Assembly (NCBI GenBank): GCA_030390025.1
Contig: CM059432.1
Location: 48,362,001 to 48,426,000 of the forward strand
Direction of reading: 5' to 3'
Length of the DNA: 64,000 nt
From: Squalus acanthias
Taxonomy: Eukaryota
The position numbers were made by a program, and so were the translations under genes. Below the pieces are notes generated by a model, which did not search any database, was not told where the DNA came from, and saw only the letters and a program-made list of their open reading frames with translations. How positions within the stretch are numbered: position 1 is the first letter of the stretch; each line of letters starts with the position of its first letter. This document shows positions 38,807 through 52,637 of this stretch, piece after piece.

Positions 38807-40564
38807 ATGGAATTCCCAAAAGCTGGTCTAAGCAAAAGGAAGAGAGTGGTCTTAACTTTAAAACAGAAAATCGAGATATGCCAACGACTAGAAAGGGGAG
38901 AGAAGCGTATCAACATTATGAATGAATTCAAAATCGGTTCGTCAACAATCTACGACATCAAATCGCAGAAGGATAAGCTGCTCAAGTTTTATTCAAGCTC
39001 GGAGACATCTAAGAGTGTAGAGAAACGGCGTACGCTTCGTAAGCCTAAGCTTGAAGAGCTGGATACCGTGCTTTATGAATGGTTTTCTCTTAAGCGTTCA
39101 GAGGGTGTTCCAATTTCCGGACCCATGCTAATCGAGAAAGCGAAGGATTTCTACGAAAGGATGGAGCTCACTGACAAGTGTGCTTTCTCCGAGGGATGGC
39201 TAACGTGCTTCAAGTTACGGCACGGGATACGACGACTCGATATTTCCGGGGAGAAGAAATCAGCTGATCACGACGCCGCAGAAGAATACTGCGATTATTT
39301 CAATCGGATTGTGCAGCAACATGATTTGTCGCCAGCACAGATATATAATGCCGATGAAACTGGCTTGTTTTGGAGGTTTTTGCCAGAATCAACGCTTGCT
39401 GGGGCTAGTGAGGCTAATGCTTCAGGTTACAAGAAAAATAAAGATCGTGTAACCGTGCTAGCATGTGCGAACGCTGCTGGATCACACTGGGTTAAACTTC
39501 TTGTTATCGGGAAGTATAAAAATCCCCGTGCATTTAAAAATGTGAGGCACTTACCTGTTGAGTACAAAGCTCAGAAAAATGCTTGGATGGATAAGGAAAT
39601 CTTCTCCGATTGGTTCCATCATATTTTTGTTCCATCTGTGAGGGAACATTTCCGTAAAATAGGGAAACCTGAAGATAGCAAATGCATTTTATTGCTTGAT
39701 AATTGTAGAGCCCATCCGCATGAATCCGAGTTGGTTTCGGGAAATATTTTCACCATTTATTTGCCACCAAATGTAACTTCTCTCATCCAACCCATGGACC
39801 AGGGCGTTATCCAAAATCTGAAGCGTCATTACAAGAAAGACTTCCTACGTAAACTGATAAGCCAAGATGACAATATTCAAGCATTTCAGAAGGAATACAA
39901 TATTAAAGATGCCATCTATAATGTTGCATGTTCCTGGAACTTTGTGAAAGGTCACACTCTGAGGCAAGCCTGGTGCAAATTGTGGCCTTCTGTAATGTTT
40001 GCTGAAGGTTCTTCTTCAGAGGAGGAATTTCATGGTTTCAATGTTCGTCCCAAGAAGAGTACAATAATGGAAATGGCTGGCATGGTGAAAAATGCAGGCC
40101 CAGCAAACCCTCTACGTCATCTCAGTGAAAGTGATATCGAGCAGTGGGTTGATGCAGATAGAGAAGTTGGTGTTGTGCATATGCTAAGTGATGATGAAAT
40201 AATTGAGAATGTTTTGAATCCAAAGAAAGAAAAGGAAAGTGAGATGGAAAGTAAAGAGGATGATATTTCTGAAGAGAACAAGATTTCTTGGGCTAAAGCT
40301 GCAGAAGGATTTTCTTCAATCCTCAAATTTGCTGAAAGGCAGACTTGCTACTCTGCCCAAGAAGTTATGCAACTCCATATTCTGCATTCCACGTTTCTAC
40401 AGAAAAGGCAAGAGTCCACTAAGCAAACCGACATCCGCAACATGTTTAAGAAAGCTTCCAAAAGAGTCGAAGCAGCGGAAGTGCCTGAAGAATCTGTGGA
40501 ACTGCATGATATTGATGACCCAGCTGGCACGGATATTCCTGATGAACCAGATGACTCGGAATAA
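38807..40564 (+). CDS. Tigger/pogo transposase, 585 aa (CENP-B-type HTH domains + DDE_1, DD32D); jerky/TIGD-like
   Basis: ATG in ATTATGG context. [46 protein letters not shown] and IQPMDQG motifs. No stops or frameshifts. Confidence 0.93.
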   Translation: MEFPKAGLSKRKRVVLTLKQKIEICQRLERGEKRINIMNEFKIGSSTIYDIKSQKDKLLKFYSSSETSKSVEKRRTLRKPKLEELDTVLYEWFSLKRSEGVPISGPMLIEKAKDFYERMELTDKCAFSEGWLTCFKLRHGIRRLDISGEKKSADHDAAEEYCDYFNRIVQQHDLSPAQIYNADETGLFWRFLPESTLAGASEANASGYKKNKDRVTVLACANAAGSHWVKLLVIGKYKNPRAFKNVRHLPVEYKAQKNAWMDKEIFSDWFHHIFVPSVREHFRKIGKPEDSKCILLLDNCRAHPHESELVSGNIFTIYLPPNVTSLIQPMDQGVIQNLKRHYKKDFLRKLISQDDNIQAFQKEYNIKDAIYNVACSWNFVKGHTLRQAWCKLWPSVMFAEGSSSEEEFHGFNVRPKKSTIMEMAGMVKNAGPANPLRHLSESDIEQWVDADREVGVVHMLSDDEIIENVLNPKKEKESEMESKEDDISEENKISWAKAAEGFSSILKFAERQTCYSAQEVMQLHILHSTFLQKRQESTKQTDIRNMFKKASKRVEAAEVPEESVELHDIDDPAGTDIPDEPDDSE

Positions 40565-41708
40565 GTGTACAGTCAACTACAGTACTGTATACAGTCGTTT
40601 ATAAGTTTTGTTTTACTGTTAAGTAATTAAAGAGTTATGGATTACCCTCAACTGGCAGTACTGTACTTAATCAAGCATCTTCCACCATCCATTTAACACA
40701 ACATTCTGTAGGTGAGTACCCAAATACTGTATACTGCACATTTCTTGATTTTTTAGTTTTGTTTGTTAAAAATAGCCTCGGTAGATATAACTCTCCGTTA
40801 TCCGGAACTTTTGATCAACCGGCACCACGCCGGTCCCGTCGGTGCCGGATACCAAAGAGTTTCCTGTAGTTAACTTGAGGCCTGATCAGCAATAGATCTT
40901 TACGGTGAGCTCCAGCTTCTTTCTTTGGTATTACTACTGTACCTGTTGTGCAAGTCATATACTTGCAGTGGCATAATTGCTGGTGCAATTAAATGTTATA
41001 ATGAGACTTCACGAATGACAATTAAAAATCTGGTTTCTGTTTGAAGATTCTGTATCACGTAGAAATCTACGAACAGGTGTTCAGTGTACACACAGGAGAT
41101 GCAAGATGAATTACGAATAGTGGCAGTAATGTGACCCTGTGTGTGTTTGTAGCTTGTATTGCAAGGCTGTCTGGCTAAATTGTTTTATTGCTCATCAATT
41201 GACTGATAATGATTCTTCATTAATCATCTCAAGGGAACAGTTTAGTTCTGATCTTTTACTGATGGCAGATGCAATTTCATACACTAAACTTTCTTTTCAT
41301 CCTGTTTTCATCCTATATTATATTGTACCTAATTGTATTAGAGTTTGTCATATTTTGCCATCTGTCATACCTTGGACAAGGACAATCATTCTTTCTTTCT
41401 GAAGGTGATTTACCAGCACCTTACTTTTTCAAAACGCTGCATTTGTATACTTATTAAATGCTCAAGCAAATCTCCTGTGGTGTTGCTCATGGAGAGTTGG
41501 AGGTTAAGGTATTGTGGAGAGAGGAGTCTGGGATGAGGGAGGGACAAATAGCACCTCAGTAATTTGGAGAATAGGCAGAAGAATATAATTATTAAATGAT
41601 CTATAATTTGGGAGTGTGGTGTTGGAATGTTAGTTTGATGTACAAGGAGTGGAGAATGTGGGTTTGCCTCTATATTGCTTGATTGTGAGTTCCTGATCTC
41701 ACAATGAA

Positions 41709-42177
41709 AGAAAAGAAAGACTTGCATTTATATAGCGCCTTTCACGACCACCGGACGTCTCAAAGCACTTTACAACCAATGAAGTACTTTTGGAGTGTAG
41801 TCACTGTTGTAATGTGGGAAACGCGGCAGCCAATTTGAGCACAGCAAACTCCCACAAACAGCAATGTGATAATGACCAGATAATCTGTTTTTTGTTATGT
41901 TGGTTGAGGGATAAATATTGGCCAGGACACCGGAGATAATGCCCCTGTTCTTCTTCGAAAGAGTGCCATGGGATCCTTTACATCCACCTGAGAGAGCAGA
42001 CGGGGCCTCGGTTTAACGTCTCATCCGAAAGACGGCACCTCTGACAGTACAGCACTCCCCCAGCACTGTACTGGAGTGTCAGCCTAGCTTTATGTGCTCA
42101 AGTCCCTGGAGTGGGACTTGAACCCACAATCTTCTGACTCAGAGGCGAGTGTGCTACCAACTGAGCCACAGCTGACA
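41709..42177 (-). mobile_element. Full-length DeuSINE (SacSINE1-like)
   Basis: Very similar to 10101-10570, with tRNA-like head gtcagctgtggctcagttggtagc and ggttcaagtccc B-box. Confidence 0.85.
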
Positions 42178-42712
42178 CTATATGCTGTACAGAAAGAAGA
42201 TAAAATTGCATTGTGGGTCATACATTTCCTGGGAACAGCTATCAATGCAAGTATAGTCGAAGGAGCAGCTTCCTGTTGCACCAGGCAGTGGGCATTTGCC
42301 TATCCCTAGTAGAAATGACAAAAGTTGAGCATCAATGATAGGGCCTAGGAAGAGGCGAGCTACTCACATCATGGTTAATGGTGCATGGCATTAATGTCTT
42401 CAGGAGGTGGAGAGGAGAGAAAATTGATGGTAAAATTAGCAAAATAATCTTTTAAGAAGAAAAAAAGATGAAAAGAATAAAGTTAAAAAGAGGCCTGGGA
42501 GGCATACACAGACACACACACAAAAAATCAACCGAAGGTAATTAAAATTAATATTGAGACTCAAGTAAAGATTGGGTTTGTTTATTTCAAAAATTTAGTT
42601 TAGGCCTGTCAAGTAACTCCTTTAAAGGAATATTTAGTCTAAATACATAAGAGTAAATTTATCAGAAAAAATGTTAATCTTTAAAAAGATTGTCCCCCCC
42701 TGTAAAGACTCT

Positions 42713-43571
42713 GGCCGGAATTTTGCCGGCGCTCAGAGTGCGGGTTTGGAGGCGGGACCGCTGTCAAAATCGAAAAGATTGACAGCGGGTAGGAAACCCG
42801 CTGTCAACCCGCCTCCAATCAATCTTCCCAAGTGTCGGGTCCCTGATTTGTGCATGGACCCAACACCTAGCGGCGGGAAGAGGATTAAAGCCACTTACCT
42901 GCCTGTTAACAGGTACTTGATAGTTGTTAATAGGCTCTTTTTCAATTTTGCTGCTTCTGCCTCGGGGTTCCCGACATCCAGACACCACGCCAGGTAAGTG
43001 TGGCGTGTTGTGAGTCTGGTGTAATGTTTCTGCATTGATGACAGCTGCAGAAGTGGTGTCAAGGATCCAATGGTGCACTGGTGAGTTTCAGAGGTAAGAA
43101 AATGTTGGGAAAATCATTTTTAATGCATTTACACTTTTCTGTAGGTAATAAGTTTTGAATTGGCTGTCTAGTCCCACCTCATTGGGAGAACCTCTCTCAC
43201 CAGTGACAGATCGCTTCTGTAATCTCACCTGCAGCTGCCATCTGTTCTAGCCTATGGAGGAAGTCATTGGAGAGTCTGGGTGCAAGAGCTCACCTTTGTA
43301 CAGTGATTGTCAGTGTTTGCAGCACCTCAATGCTGTCAAACACTGAGAAATGAGCTGTCAAAAATAAATTGTGCGTGGTCCCTATAAGAAAACTGGCAGA
43401 TGATGCGTCATCAAATGACATCATCTGGCCGGCTTACTCCTAATTGGCGGGCTTAGCAAGGTCAATCAAGGGAAAATGACGTCCGTGAGCCGGATGCAGT
43501 TGGGGGTGGGACTGGAACCCGGAAACCAGCTGACCCACTCCCAAGCCTCATCCATTTACAAAATCACAGCC
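42713..43571 (-). mobile_element. Harbinger-like non-autonomous element related to 58322-59430 and 60260-62744
   Basis: Ends GGCCGGAATTTT / AAAATCACAGCC. Shared internal segments (ttgacagcgggtaggaaacccgctgtcaa; ctcattgggagaacctctctcacc). TSD not clear. Confidence 0.7.
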
Positions 43572-44847
43572 TAAATGCGCAATTTGGGAATACTTTAAAA
43601 TGTAAATAATCCCATTACATTTTTCTAATTTCCTCCTAAACTCATAGTGCACAGTCATATACAAGCTGAATCATGCATTCTGGATATATGTTTGCTCAAG
43701 TGCAATGAATCTCCTAGTTTGCAGGGAACCAGAGCACCGAGTGTGTTCGACCCATTTAATTTGGTCACACTGCTATTGAACGTACTTCCAGTGAGTATCT
43801 TGGCTGGTAGGGTGTCCAACTTACATCAGTAAATAGTCACAAAAGTTTAATACACATCAGGTATTGTGGATCCCAATTGAGGCAGAGCAGCCAAAACAAA
43901 GGTACTCCACACTATTATGTTTACACCAAATTTATTCTATTATTCAGCAAAATAATACAACCCATAAAATACTCTAGATAGCATCACTTTATACTGTCTG
44001 AATTTCCACTATCTTGATGGATAAAGTTGCGACCATAAAGAATTTAAAAGATTGAACTGGAAATAAATTGTAGCAGTGAGGCTTCATCTCTAAGTGGGAC
44101 TCGGTACCCATGAGAAGTCTATCTCATATGACTGTGCCATTGCCATTGCCATAGTCATTTTCATTTCAGTCTTACACAGATTTCACAGAAGTCTAATCAA
44201 GAAAATATGAGAGGAAAAATAGCTGCCTGTAACCAAGAAAGAGTTCCTGAAGTTAAGCTGCTCTTTACAACTCTGTTCTTATTCAAACTGTAATTGTAGG
44301 AAAGAACAGTATTTCTTTCTGTTCTTCAGATTTGGGCAATTACTTGTCCCTAGTTGCCCTGAGGACATTTAAGAGTCAACCACATAGCGTGGAACTGGAT
44401 TCACACGTAGGCCAGACTGCGTAAGGGTGGCAGGTTCCCTTCCCCTAAAGACATTAGGGAAGAAGTTGGGTTTTTACCACAAAACAGCAGCTTTCATGGT
44501 CATTTTCTGATACTAGCCCATAAATGACCAGATTTTTTGATTTCCATTTCACAACTTGCCATGTTAGGATTTGAACTCACGGCCTCTGGGTTGCTATTCC
44601 AGTATCATAATCACTAGGCGGCCGTACCCTCTGATAGGAATAAAAGAAAATGCTACTCTGTTGGCAATAGTATGGTCCAGAATGAAAAACATCACCAGAA
44701 ACTTCATGCTGATTTATGCAGTTGAGCTGATGTCATGTCTATTTGCGAGTCAATGTCAAATTTCAGTAGACATCAGACAAATTTGCAGCATATGTGCTGA
44801 CTGTGAGACTACTGGGAAGGGATCGTCTCTCAGTAACATTGATGGAC

Positions 44848-45107
44848 ATCATAGAAACATAGAAACATAGAATCTAGGAGCAGGAGTAGGCCATTCAGCC
44901 CATCGAGCCTGCTCCACCATTCAATACGATCATGGCTGATCATCCAAATCCAGTACCCTGTCCCTGCTTTAATCCCCACAGTACACATATCCCACCCTAC
45001 CCCCGTAACCCCACGTATTTAATTCCCCCTAACATAGCCCATCCTATCCCCCCCTAACACTAAGGGTCAATTTATCATAGCCAAATCAACCTAACCCGCA
45101 CATTTTT
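44848..45107 (-). mobile_element. 5'-truncated HE1-like SINE
   Basis: Closely matches 52210-52480. Confidence 0.75.
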
Positions 45108-45800
45108 GTTACATTCAGTTACAATACAAGGCCAAAAAGGCAATTTTTAAAAGTAAAATAAAAATCCTACTTGCTATTCTGTTGCTAAATTTGAATAATG
45201 AAAAAGCTGTCCACTCCATCAGCTGTTTACAGCCATTAAAATCTCACCAGCAGTTAGAAGTCAGGGAGCAGAGCTCAAAGCGCATATATGTGCATGGGGC
45301 AATGCTTTTATCGAATTTTACAGCAATACAACCGAAGTGTAAACATGACTCCACGCTCACACCATGGGACAAGCACCTCTTGTGATTTACCTGGTCAAAT
45401 TTACCCCATGATATGAAATTAAAACTAATTTAGATACAACTACTTTTATAAATTGAATACATTTTAGCACTGCTTTATGTCCAGGGTACAGTAACAGGAG
45501 TGGCACGACAGTAGCTTTACATCTTCCAGAAATAAACTATTAGTGTGATGAAAACTCAAACTCTTGCTTTATGAAAGGACACGATGTTGTATTAACAACA
45601 TTCATATATGAAAGAATCAAGTCTAAATATATTATGTTACAGGATATCTCATTGATTGTAAAAATATATCTAGATTCTAATAGTCAAAAAAGTGCAATTC
45701 AAAAGCAATTTCAAAACCCATTATTCTAATTAAACATCAATAGACTAGCTCCAACAAATGTACATGTAAGTTTAGAATGTATCCTTTGTAATAAGATATT

Positions 45801-46367
45801 GGTTCGTAATTTGCGGTCAGTGGCGAAGCAAAGGCGTTCACCACTGACCCCGAAGTAAGCTTCGTACAAAGATCTTGCGATCTCTGTGTCAAGAAGTTTG
45901 GGTTTTCTGACGTGTAATTGAAATTAACAGAAGTTAATGGAAATTGCCAGCAAAGAGCTACTGTGATGTCAACAAGCTGTCTAAGCAGCCAATCAAAACA
46001 CAGAATTCTCACAGACAGAGAACCAGGAAGTGAGTAAGCTCCTTTGATTCCAACTTTTTAGAAATGTTAGAGAGAGCAAAACAAAGATTGGGGCTCTCAC
46101 ATGGGAAAAAGGCAAACCTGAAGTAAAGATGAACAAACTTTAAAAAAAAGTTACTTTTGTTTCAAATGGATAAATTTGACACTCCACAAAATTAAAATTA
46201 GTTTTTCAGGGCCATAAGCTTAGCTTAGCAGTCAATACGCTGTTAAAACCCCAGTTACACCTAATCAAAAGGGTCTAACTTTTAATGGGATATTTAACAA
46301 CATATTTACCGTGGAAGAGCTGAAATTTTCCATGATTTGTGAGATTACACTGATTGCTGGCTCTGTA

Positions 46368-46403
<36 letters not shown>

Positions 46404-46574
46404 CGGGGGGAGCACAGCGCAGCCTGTGGAGGAGCAGTGAATGACAGACCGCAACTTCAGGATTTCAACGTTAGGCTGCACATGCGCTAAATCCTGCAGT
46501 TGCTGTCAGTTTCAAAGGCAAAATGATGGCGAATGCTGCCAGTTTGCCGTCATCAGGACTGCAAATTCTGGGCC
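45801..46574. mobile_element. Harbinger-like non-autonomous element (774 bp)
   Basis: TIRs GGTTCGTAATTTGCGGTC / GACTGCAAATTCTGGGCC and exact 3-bp TSD ATT. Confidence 0.7.
46372..46401. repeat. (TG)15 microsatellite
   Basis: Direct reading. Confidence 0.95.
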
Positions 46575-46729
46575 ATTATGTTTAAATGTGTTTTCCAGAA
46601 TTAAAAGAGCAAATATTATTGTAAGCAAAATTTGCATGCACTACATTCCACAACACAAATATATTTTCCCACATGGAAAATATTTTTAGTTACAATATCT
46701 CTCCATTTCCTATGATACATTGCATTTAA

Positions 46730-47825
46730 TATGTAGTACAGTCGCTTACAATCCTCGTCACAATTATCCATGCTTCCTAATTTTGTACAGTCTGTAAATG
46801 TTGATATTATGTCCCCTATAACCAAGTTCAGATCATGACATATTTTAAGAGTAATGATCACAACACTGACATCTGGGCGACCCCACTCTTTTTACATCTC
46901 TACTGTCCAGAAAAAAATCCACGATCCATTACTCCATTTTCTGTCCTTTAACCAACTACCTATCCATGCTGTCACTCAGTGCCTTATTTTGATCAACAAG
47001 CCTCATATGCAATACCTTTTAAAAGCCTTTAGAAAATCCATGTACACAACATCCATGGCATTTCCTTTATCAATATACTCCATTATTTCCTCAAAGAACA
47101 CTATTAAATTTGTCAGACACAACTTCCCTTATAGAAAGCAGTGCTGAGGGAGTGATGCACTGTTGGAGGTGCCGTCTTTCGGATGAGACGTTAAACTGAG
47201 GCCCTGTCTGCTCTCAGGTGGACGTAAATGATCCTATGGCACTATTTCGAAGAAGAGTAGGGGAGTTATCCCCAGTATCCTGGCCAATATTTATCCCTCA
47301 AGCAACATAACAAAAACAGATTATCTGGTCATTATCACGTTGCTGTTTGTGGGACCTTGCTGTGCGCAAACTGGCTGCCGCTTGTCCCACATTACAACAG
47401 TGACTCCACTTCAAAAGTACTTCATTGGCTATAAAGCTCTTTGAGACGTCCGGTGGTCGTGAAAGGCACTACATAAATGCAAGTCTTTCTTTATGTCTTG
47501 TCCTATATTATGGCCTCTAGAAGCTTACCTACTACTGATATTAGGATGATTTGGTTTATTTCTTTCTCTCTTTTTGAAAGGAGGTATTATATCTAATCCT
47601 CTGGCACAACTGACTATTCTGACTGGCCTGAGAATTCCAGGATGCAAACCATTGTTGACCTGGTGCCCTTTCCACTTTCAGTTCTATAATTTTCCACTTT
47701 GAGTTCCATAATTTTTTCAGTATCTACAGTTATCCTACCTAATAACCTCGCCTCCTCCTCTTGTACCCTTTCATCCCCACTACCACTACTATGCTCTTCT
47801 GTGAAAACCGAGGCAAAGTACTCAA
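46730..47825 (-). mobile_element. Old degraded CR1 RT fragment, interrupted by a SINE
   Basis: Residual FTDCTKLG peptide and aaagcctttagaaaatccatgtacac motif. Boundaries approximate. Confidence 0.6.
47139..47492 (+). mobile_element. 5'-truncated DeuSINE
   Basis: Reverse complement of the 41709-42070 segment. Confidence 0.85.
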
Positions 47826-50800
47826 TTAGTTTTTAAATTTATTCTCAGGATATGGGCGTAACTTATTTATTACCCATCCCTACTTACTGTAAGAAAGTGA
47901 TGGCGGGCATTCTTCTTGAACCGCTGCATTTGTAGCGATTTGATACAACTTGCTAGGCCACTTCAGAGGGCAGTTAAGATAACCACATTGGGACTGGAGT
48001 CACATAATATTTTTAAACTAATTAAAGAAATGTAAAGCTAGTTCTGTCTGATACTGACATTTGCGCTGTAGGGGTGGGGTTCATTGTAAGGTTCCCCGCG
48101 CTATTATGGGAAGCTGTGGCATACAATCACCTGGCTTCAACCTATCCCCCTGGTGACCCTTTCCTATTAGACAGGATCTCTGCCACCCAACCAGCTTGAG
48201 TCTGATCCCACTATCCAGGGATCTCGTGCCTTGACAGTGAGAGAAGGGGAGGGGGCAGTGGCCAGTGGAAGCTCTAGATCTGCTGGGAGAATGCAGTGCA
48301 GTCTGAACTCCTTTGAGGGTGGGGTTAACAGAAGCATGGAGAAGCTGGCATCCTTAGGGGGCTGCATCCACAGAGGCCAGTGGTGTTTTGGGTTTCTGGC
48401 AGGGAGAGGGCTTCAGTGGCTGGTGCCGTTTAGATTTCTGGGTGGCGGGTGGTGTTCAGCGGCCAGTGGACTCCTCGCAGGGCTTTTCTGTTTTAGAAAG
48501 CCATATACTATTAACCAGCTATATTTGTTGTTTAAATAAAACAGGGTTTTCATATTTTACCCCACCCATCAGAAGCCCGAAAGCCACTGTGATCTGTCGG
48601 CCTGGGGCCTGGCCAGATCCCTTCCTTGACTGGCGTCCTGCAGCCACTATAGAAAAATATGGCCTTCGGCTTTTGGGGACTCCTTACTCTGTCTTGCCAC
48701 CAAACACCTCCCCTCTGAAAGGACAGAAGGGAGAGAGGCAGAAACAGAAGAACACAAAGAGAAGCATATGAAGACAGAGCGAGAAAGAAAAACAGCAACA
48801 TAAAGACGACAGGCAGGTAAGAGAGCAAATCTTCTGATTCACTGTGAACAATGCCACAGGGGAACCACTAGTATCTAATAGAAAGTTTAATTAAAAACTA
48901 AAACAAATTAGGTTGTTTAAACTTTGTGCTTCCAAATTGGATAAGCTAAACAATGGTTTACTTAAGACATATGTCACATTGGTACATCGGCAGAGACACA
49001 CAGAACAGACTTCCATTATATCACTATCACACTAAGGACAACCAGTGTAATCATAACCTGTAAACAGTATTTAGTTTGTGCTGGCGAATTAGCACAGGAC
49101 ATAATGCTAAAGGTAGCATTACCAACAGAATAACGTAACAGATTAGAAAAGTAAGACAAATCTACATTAGCAGTATAAATGAGCAGTCTGCACTAGATTA
49201 AAAAGCTACTGCAGGACTCTTCCCTATAAAACTGTAATTTCCCTACTGCTACATTGACCCAAGTTGAATTCATGATTAAGAACATAACATGTAGAATTGC
49301 AAAGAAATAGCTTGAACTTGTCTCTTGTGAAGTAACTTACCTTCTAAAAATCAAGGTATATAAAAGCCACAAATTCTGGAAAATATCAAACCATCCCAAT
49401 GGTCCAAATTGTTACAGATGACCTGCCTTTCATAACCCTGCATTTGGTTGAAATTAATGGATTTAAGAACATAAGAAATAGGAGCAGGAATAGGCCACTT
49501 GGCCCCTCGAGCCTGCTCCGCCATTCAATAAGATCATGGCTGATCTAGGGCTCAGAGCAACTTCCCAGCCCGCTCCCCATAACCCTTCACTCCCTTATCT
49601 TGCAAAAATTTGTCTATCTCCACTTTAAAATGTATTTAATGACCCAGCCTCCACAGCTCTCTGGGGCAGAGAATTCCACAAATTTACGACGCTCTGAGAG
49701 AAGAAGTTCCTCCTCATCTCAGTTCTAAAAGGACGACCCTTTATTCTGAGACTGTGCCCCCGAGTTCTAGATTTCCCCATGAGGGGAAACATCCTCTCTG
49801 CATCTACCCTGTCGAGCCCCCTCAGTATCTTCTATGTTTCAATAAGATCACCTCTCATTCTTCTAAATTCCAATGGGTATAGGCCCAGCCTGCTCAACCT
49901 TTCCTCATAAGTCAAACCCCTCATCTCTGGAATGAACCTAGTGAATCGTCTCTGAACTGCCTCCAATGTAAGTATATCCTTCCTTAAATAAGGAGACCAA
50001 AACTGTACGCAGTACTCACGGTGTGGTCTCACCAATACCTTGTACAGTTGTAGCAGGACTTCCCTGCTTTTATACTCCAACCTCCTTGAAATAAAGGCCA
50101 ACATTCCATTTGCCTTTTTGATTACTTGCTGTACCTGCATGCTAACTTTTACAGTCCCTCTGAACTGTAGCATTTTGTAATCTCTCTCCATTTAAATAAT
50201 AGTTTGCTTTTTTATTTTTCCTGCCAAAGTGGATAACCTCGCACTTTCCCACATTATACTCCATCTGCCAAATGTTTGCCCACTCACCTAGCCTGTCTAT
50301 ATCCCTTTGCAGATTCTTTGAGTCCTCTGCACAACTTGCTTTCCCACCCATCTTTGTATCATCTGCAAACTTGGCTACATTACACTCGATCCCTTCATCC
50401 AAGTCATTAATGTAGATTGTAAATAGTTGGGGCCCCAGCACCGATCCTTGTGGCACCCCACTAGTTACCATTTGCCAACCAGAAAATGACCCATTTATCC
50501 CGACTCTCTGCTTTCTGTTAGTTAGCTAATTCTCTATCCATGCAAATATATTACTCCCAACTCCGTGAGCTCTTATCTTGTGCAGTAACCTTTATGTGCC
50601 TCCTTATCGAATGCCTTCTGGAAATCCAAATACACCACATCTACTGGCTCACCCTTGTCCACCCTGCTTGTTACATCCTCAAAGAACTCCAGCAAATTTG
50701 TTAAACATGATTTCCCTTTCCTAAAACCATGCTGACTCTGTTTGACTGCAGTATGTTTTTCTAAATGCCCTGCTACTGCTTCCTTAATGAAGGACTCCAG

Positions 50801-52209
50801 CATTTTCCCAATGACAGATGTTAGGCTAACTGGTCTATAGTTTCCTGCTTTCTGTCTCCTTCCTTTCTTAAATAGGGGTGTTACATTAGCGGTTTTCCAA
50901 TCCGCTGGGACCTCTCCAGAGTCCAGGGAATTTTGGTATATTGCAACCAATGCATCCACTATCTCTGCAGCCACTTCTTTTAAGACCCTGGGATGCAGGC
51001 CATCTGGTCCAGGGGACTCGTCGTCTTTTAGTCCCATTATTTTACTGAGTACTATTTCCTTAGTGATAGTGATTGTCTTTAGTTCCCCACTCCCTGTGGC
51101 CCCTTGATTATCCATTATTAGGATGTTGTTAGTGTCTTCTACAGTGAAGACAGATGCAAAATATTTGTTCAGAGTCTCTGCCATTTCCCCGTTCCCCATT
51201 ATTAATTCCCCAGTCTCATCCTCTAAGGGACCAACGTTTACTTTAGCTACCCTCTTCCTTTTTATATACCTGTAGAAGCTCTTACTATCTGTTTTAATGT
51301 TTCTTGCCAGCTTACTCTCATAATTCATGTTCTCTCTCTTTATTATTTTTTTAGTCATCCTTTGCTGGTTTTTAAAAATTTCCCAATCTTCTGGTCTCCC
51401 ACCAATCTTGGCAACATTGTATGCCTTCGTTTTCAATTTGATACCATCCTTTACTTCCTTAGTTAGCCACAGATGGTGCTCCCTTCTCTTATAATCTTTC
51501 TTTCTCACTGGAATATATTTTTGTTGAGAGTTATGAAATATCTCCTTAAATGTCCGCCACTGCATTTCAACTTTCTTACCCTTTAATTTCTTTTTCCAGT
51601 CCACTTTAGCCAGTTCTGCCCTCATGCCATTATAATTGCCTTTGTTTAAGATCAGGGCACTGGTTTGGGATACAACTTCCTCACCCTCCAACTGAATTTG
51701 AAATTCAACCATGCTATGATCACTCTTTCCTATGGATCATTTATTAATTCTGACTCATTACATAGTACCAGATCCAAGATAGCCTGCTCCCTGGTTGGTT
51801 CCATTACATACTGTTCTAGGAAAACATCCCGGATGCACTCTATGAACTCCTCCTCCAGGCTACCATGACCAATTTGATTTGTCCAATCAATATGGAGATT
51901 AAAATCACCCATGATTATTACTGTACCTTTTTTACAGGCCTCCATTATTTGTTGTTTTATACTCTGTCCAATAGCATTGCTACTGTTCGGGGGCCTATAG
52001 ACTGCGCCCACCAGAGACTTTTTCCCCTTATTTTTTATCTCCACCCAAACCAATTCTATATCTTGATCTTCTGAGCCAATATCACTTCTCACCACTGCAC
52101 TGATCCCATCTTTTACCAACAAAGCCACCTCACCTCCCTTTCCTTTCTGTCTATCCTTCCGAATTGTCAAATACCCTGGAATATTCAATTCCCAGCCCTG
52201 GTCACCTTA

Positions 52210-52637
52210 ACATAGAAACATAGAATCTAGGAGCAGGAGTAGGCCATTCGGCCCGTCGAGCCTGCTCCGCCATTCAATACGATCATGGCTGATCATCCAA
52301 ATCCAGTACCCTGTCCCTGCTTTAATCCCCACAGTACACATATCCCACCCTACCCCCGCAACTCCACGTATTTAATTCCCCCTAACATATCCCATCCTAT
52401 CCCCATAACCCCACATATTTAATCCCCCCTAACACTAAGGGTCAATTTATCATAGCCAAATCAACCTAACCCACACATTTTTGGACTGTGGGAGGAAACC
52501 GGAGCACCCGGAGGAAACCCACGCAGACACGGGGAGAATGTGCAAACTCCACACAGACAGTCACCCGAGGTCAGATTCGAACCCGGGTCTCTGGCGCTGT
52601 GAGGCACCAGTGCTAACCACTATGCCACCGTGTTGCC
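52210..52637 (-). mobile_element. Full-length HE1-like V-SINE inserted in the CR1 endonuclease region
   Basis: tRNA-like head, V-domain (gtttcctccgggtgctccggtttcctcccaca on minus) and CR1-derived 3' tail. cacctt duplicated at the flanks. Confidence 0.85.

Larger units (their letters stand above)
38355..40866 (+). mobile_element. Full-length pogo/Tigger DNA transposon (2512 bp)
   Basis: TA TSD at 38353-38354 and 40867-40868. 26-bp TIRs CAGGAAACTCTTGTTTAACCGGCACC vs CAGGAAACTCTTTGGTATCCGGCACC (22/26). Single long ORF. Confidence 0.95.

Noticed and set aside
38807..40564. Assigning a host gene symbol (JRK/JRKL/TIGD2)
   Set aside because: TIRs and TA TSDs show it is a transposon copy, and orthology cannot be shown from the sequence alone.
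42105..42177. tRNA-like sequences (also ~10500-10570, 14920-14983, 52560-52637)
   Set aside because: They are SINE heads joined to SINE bodies, not standalone tRNA genes.
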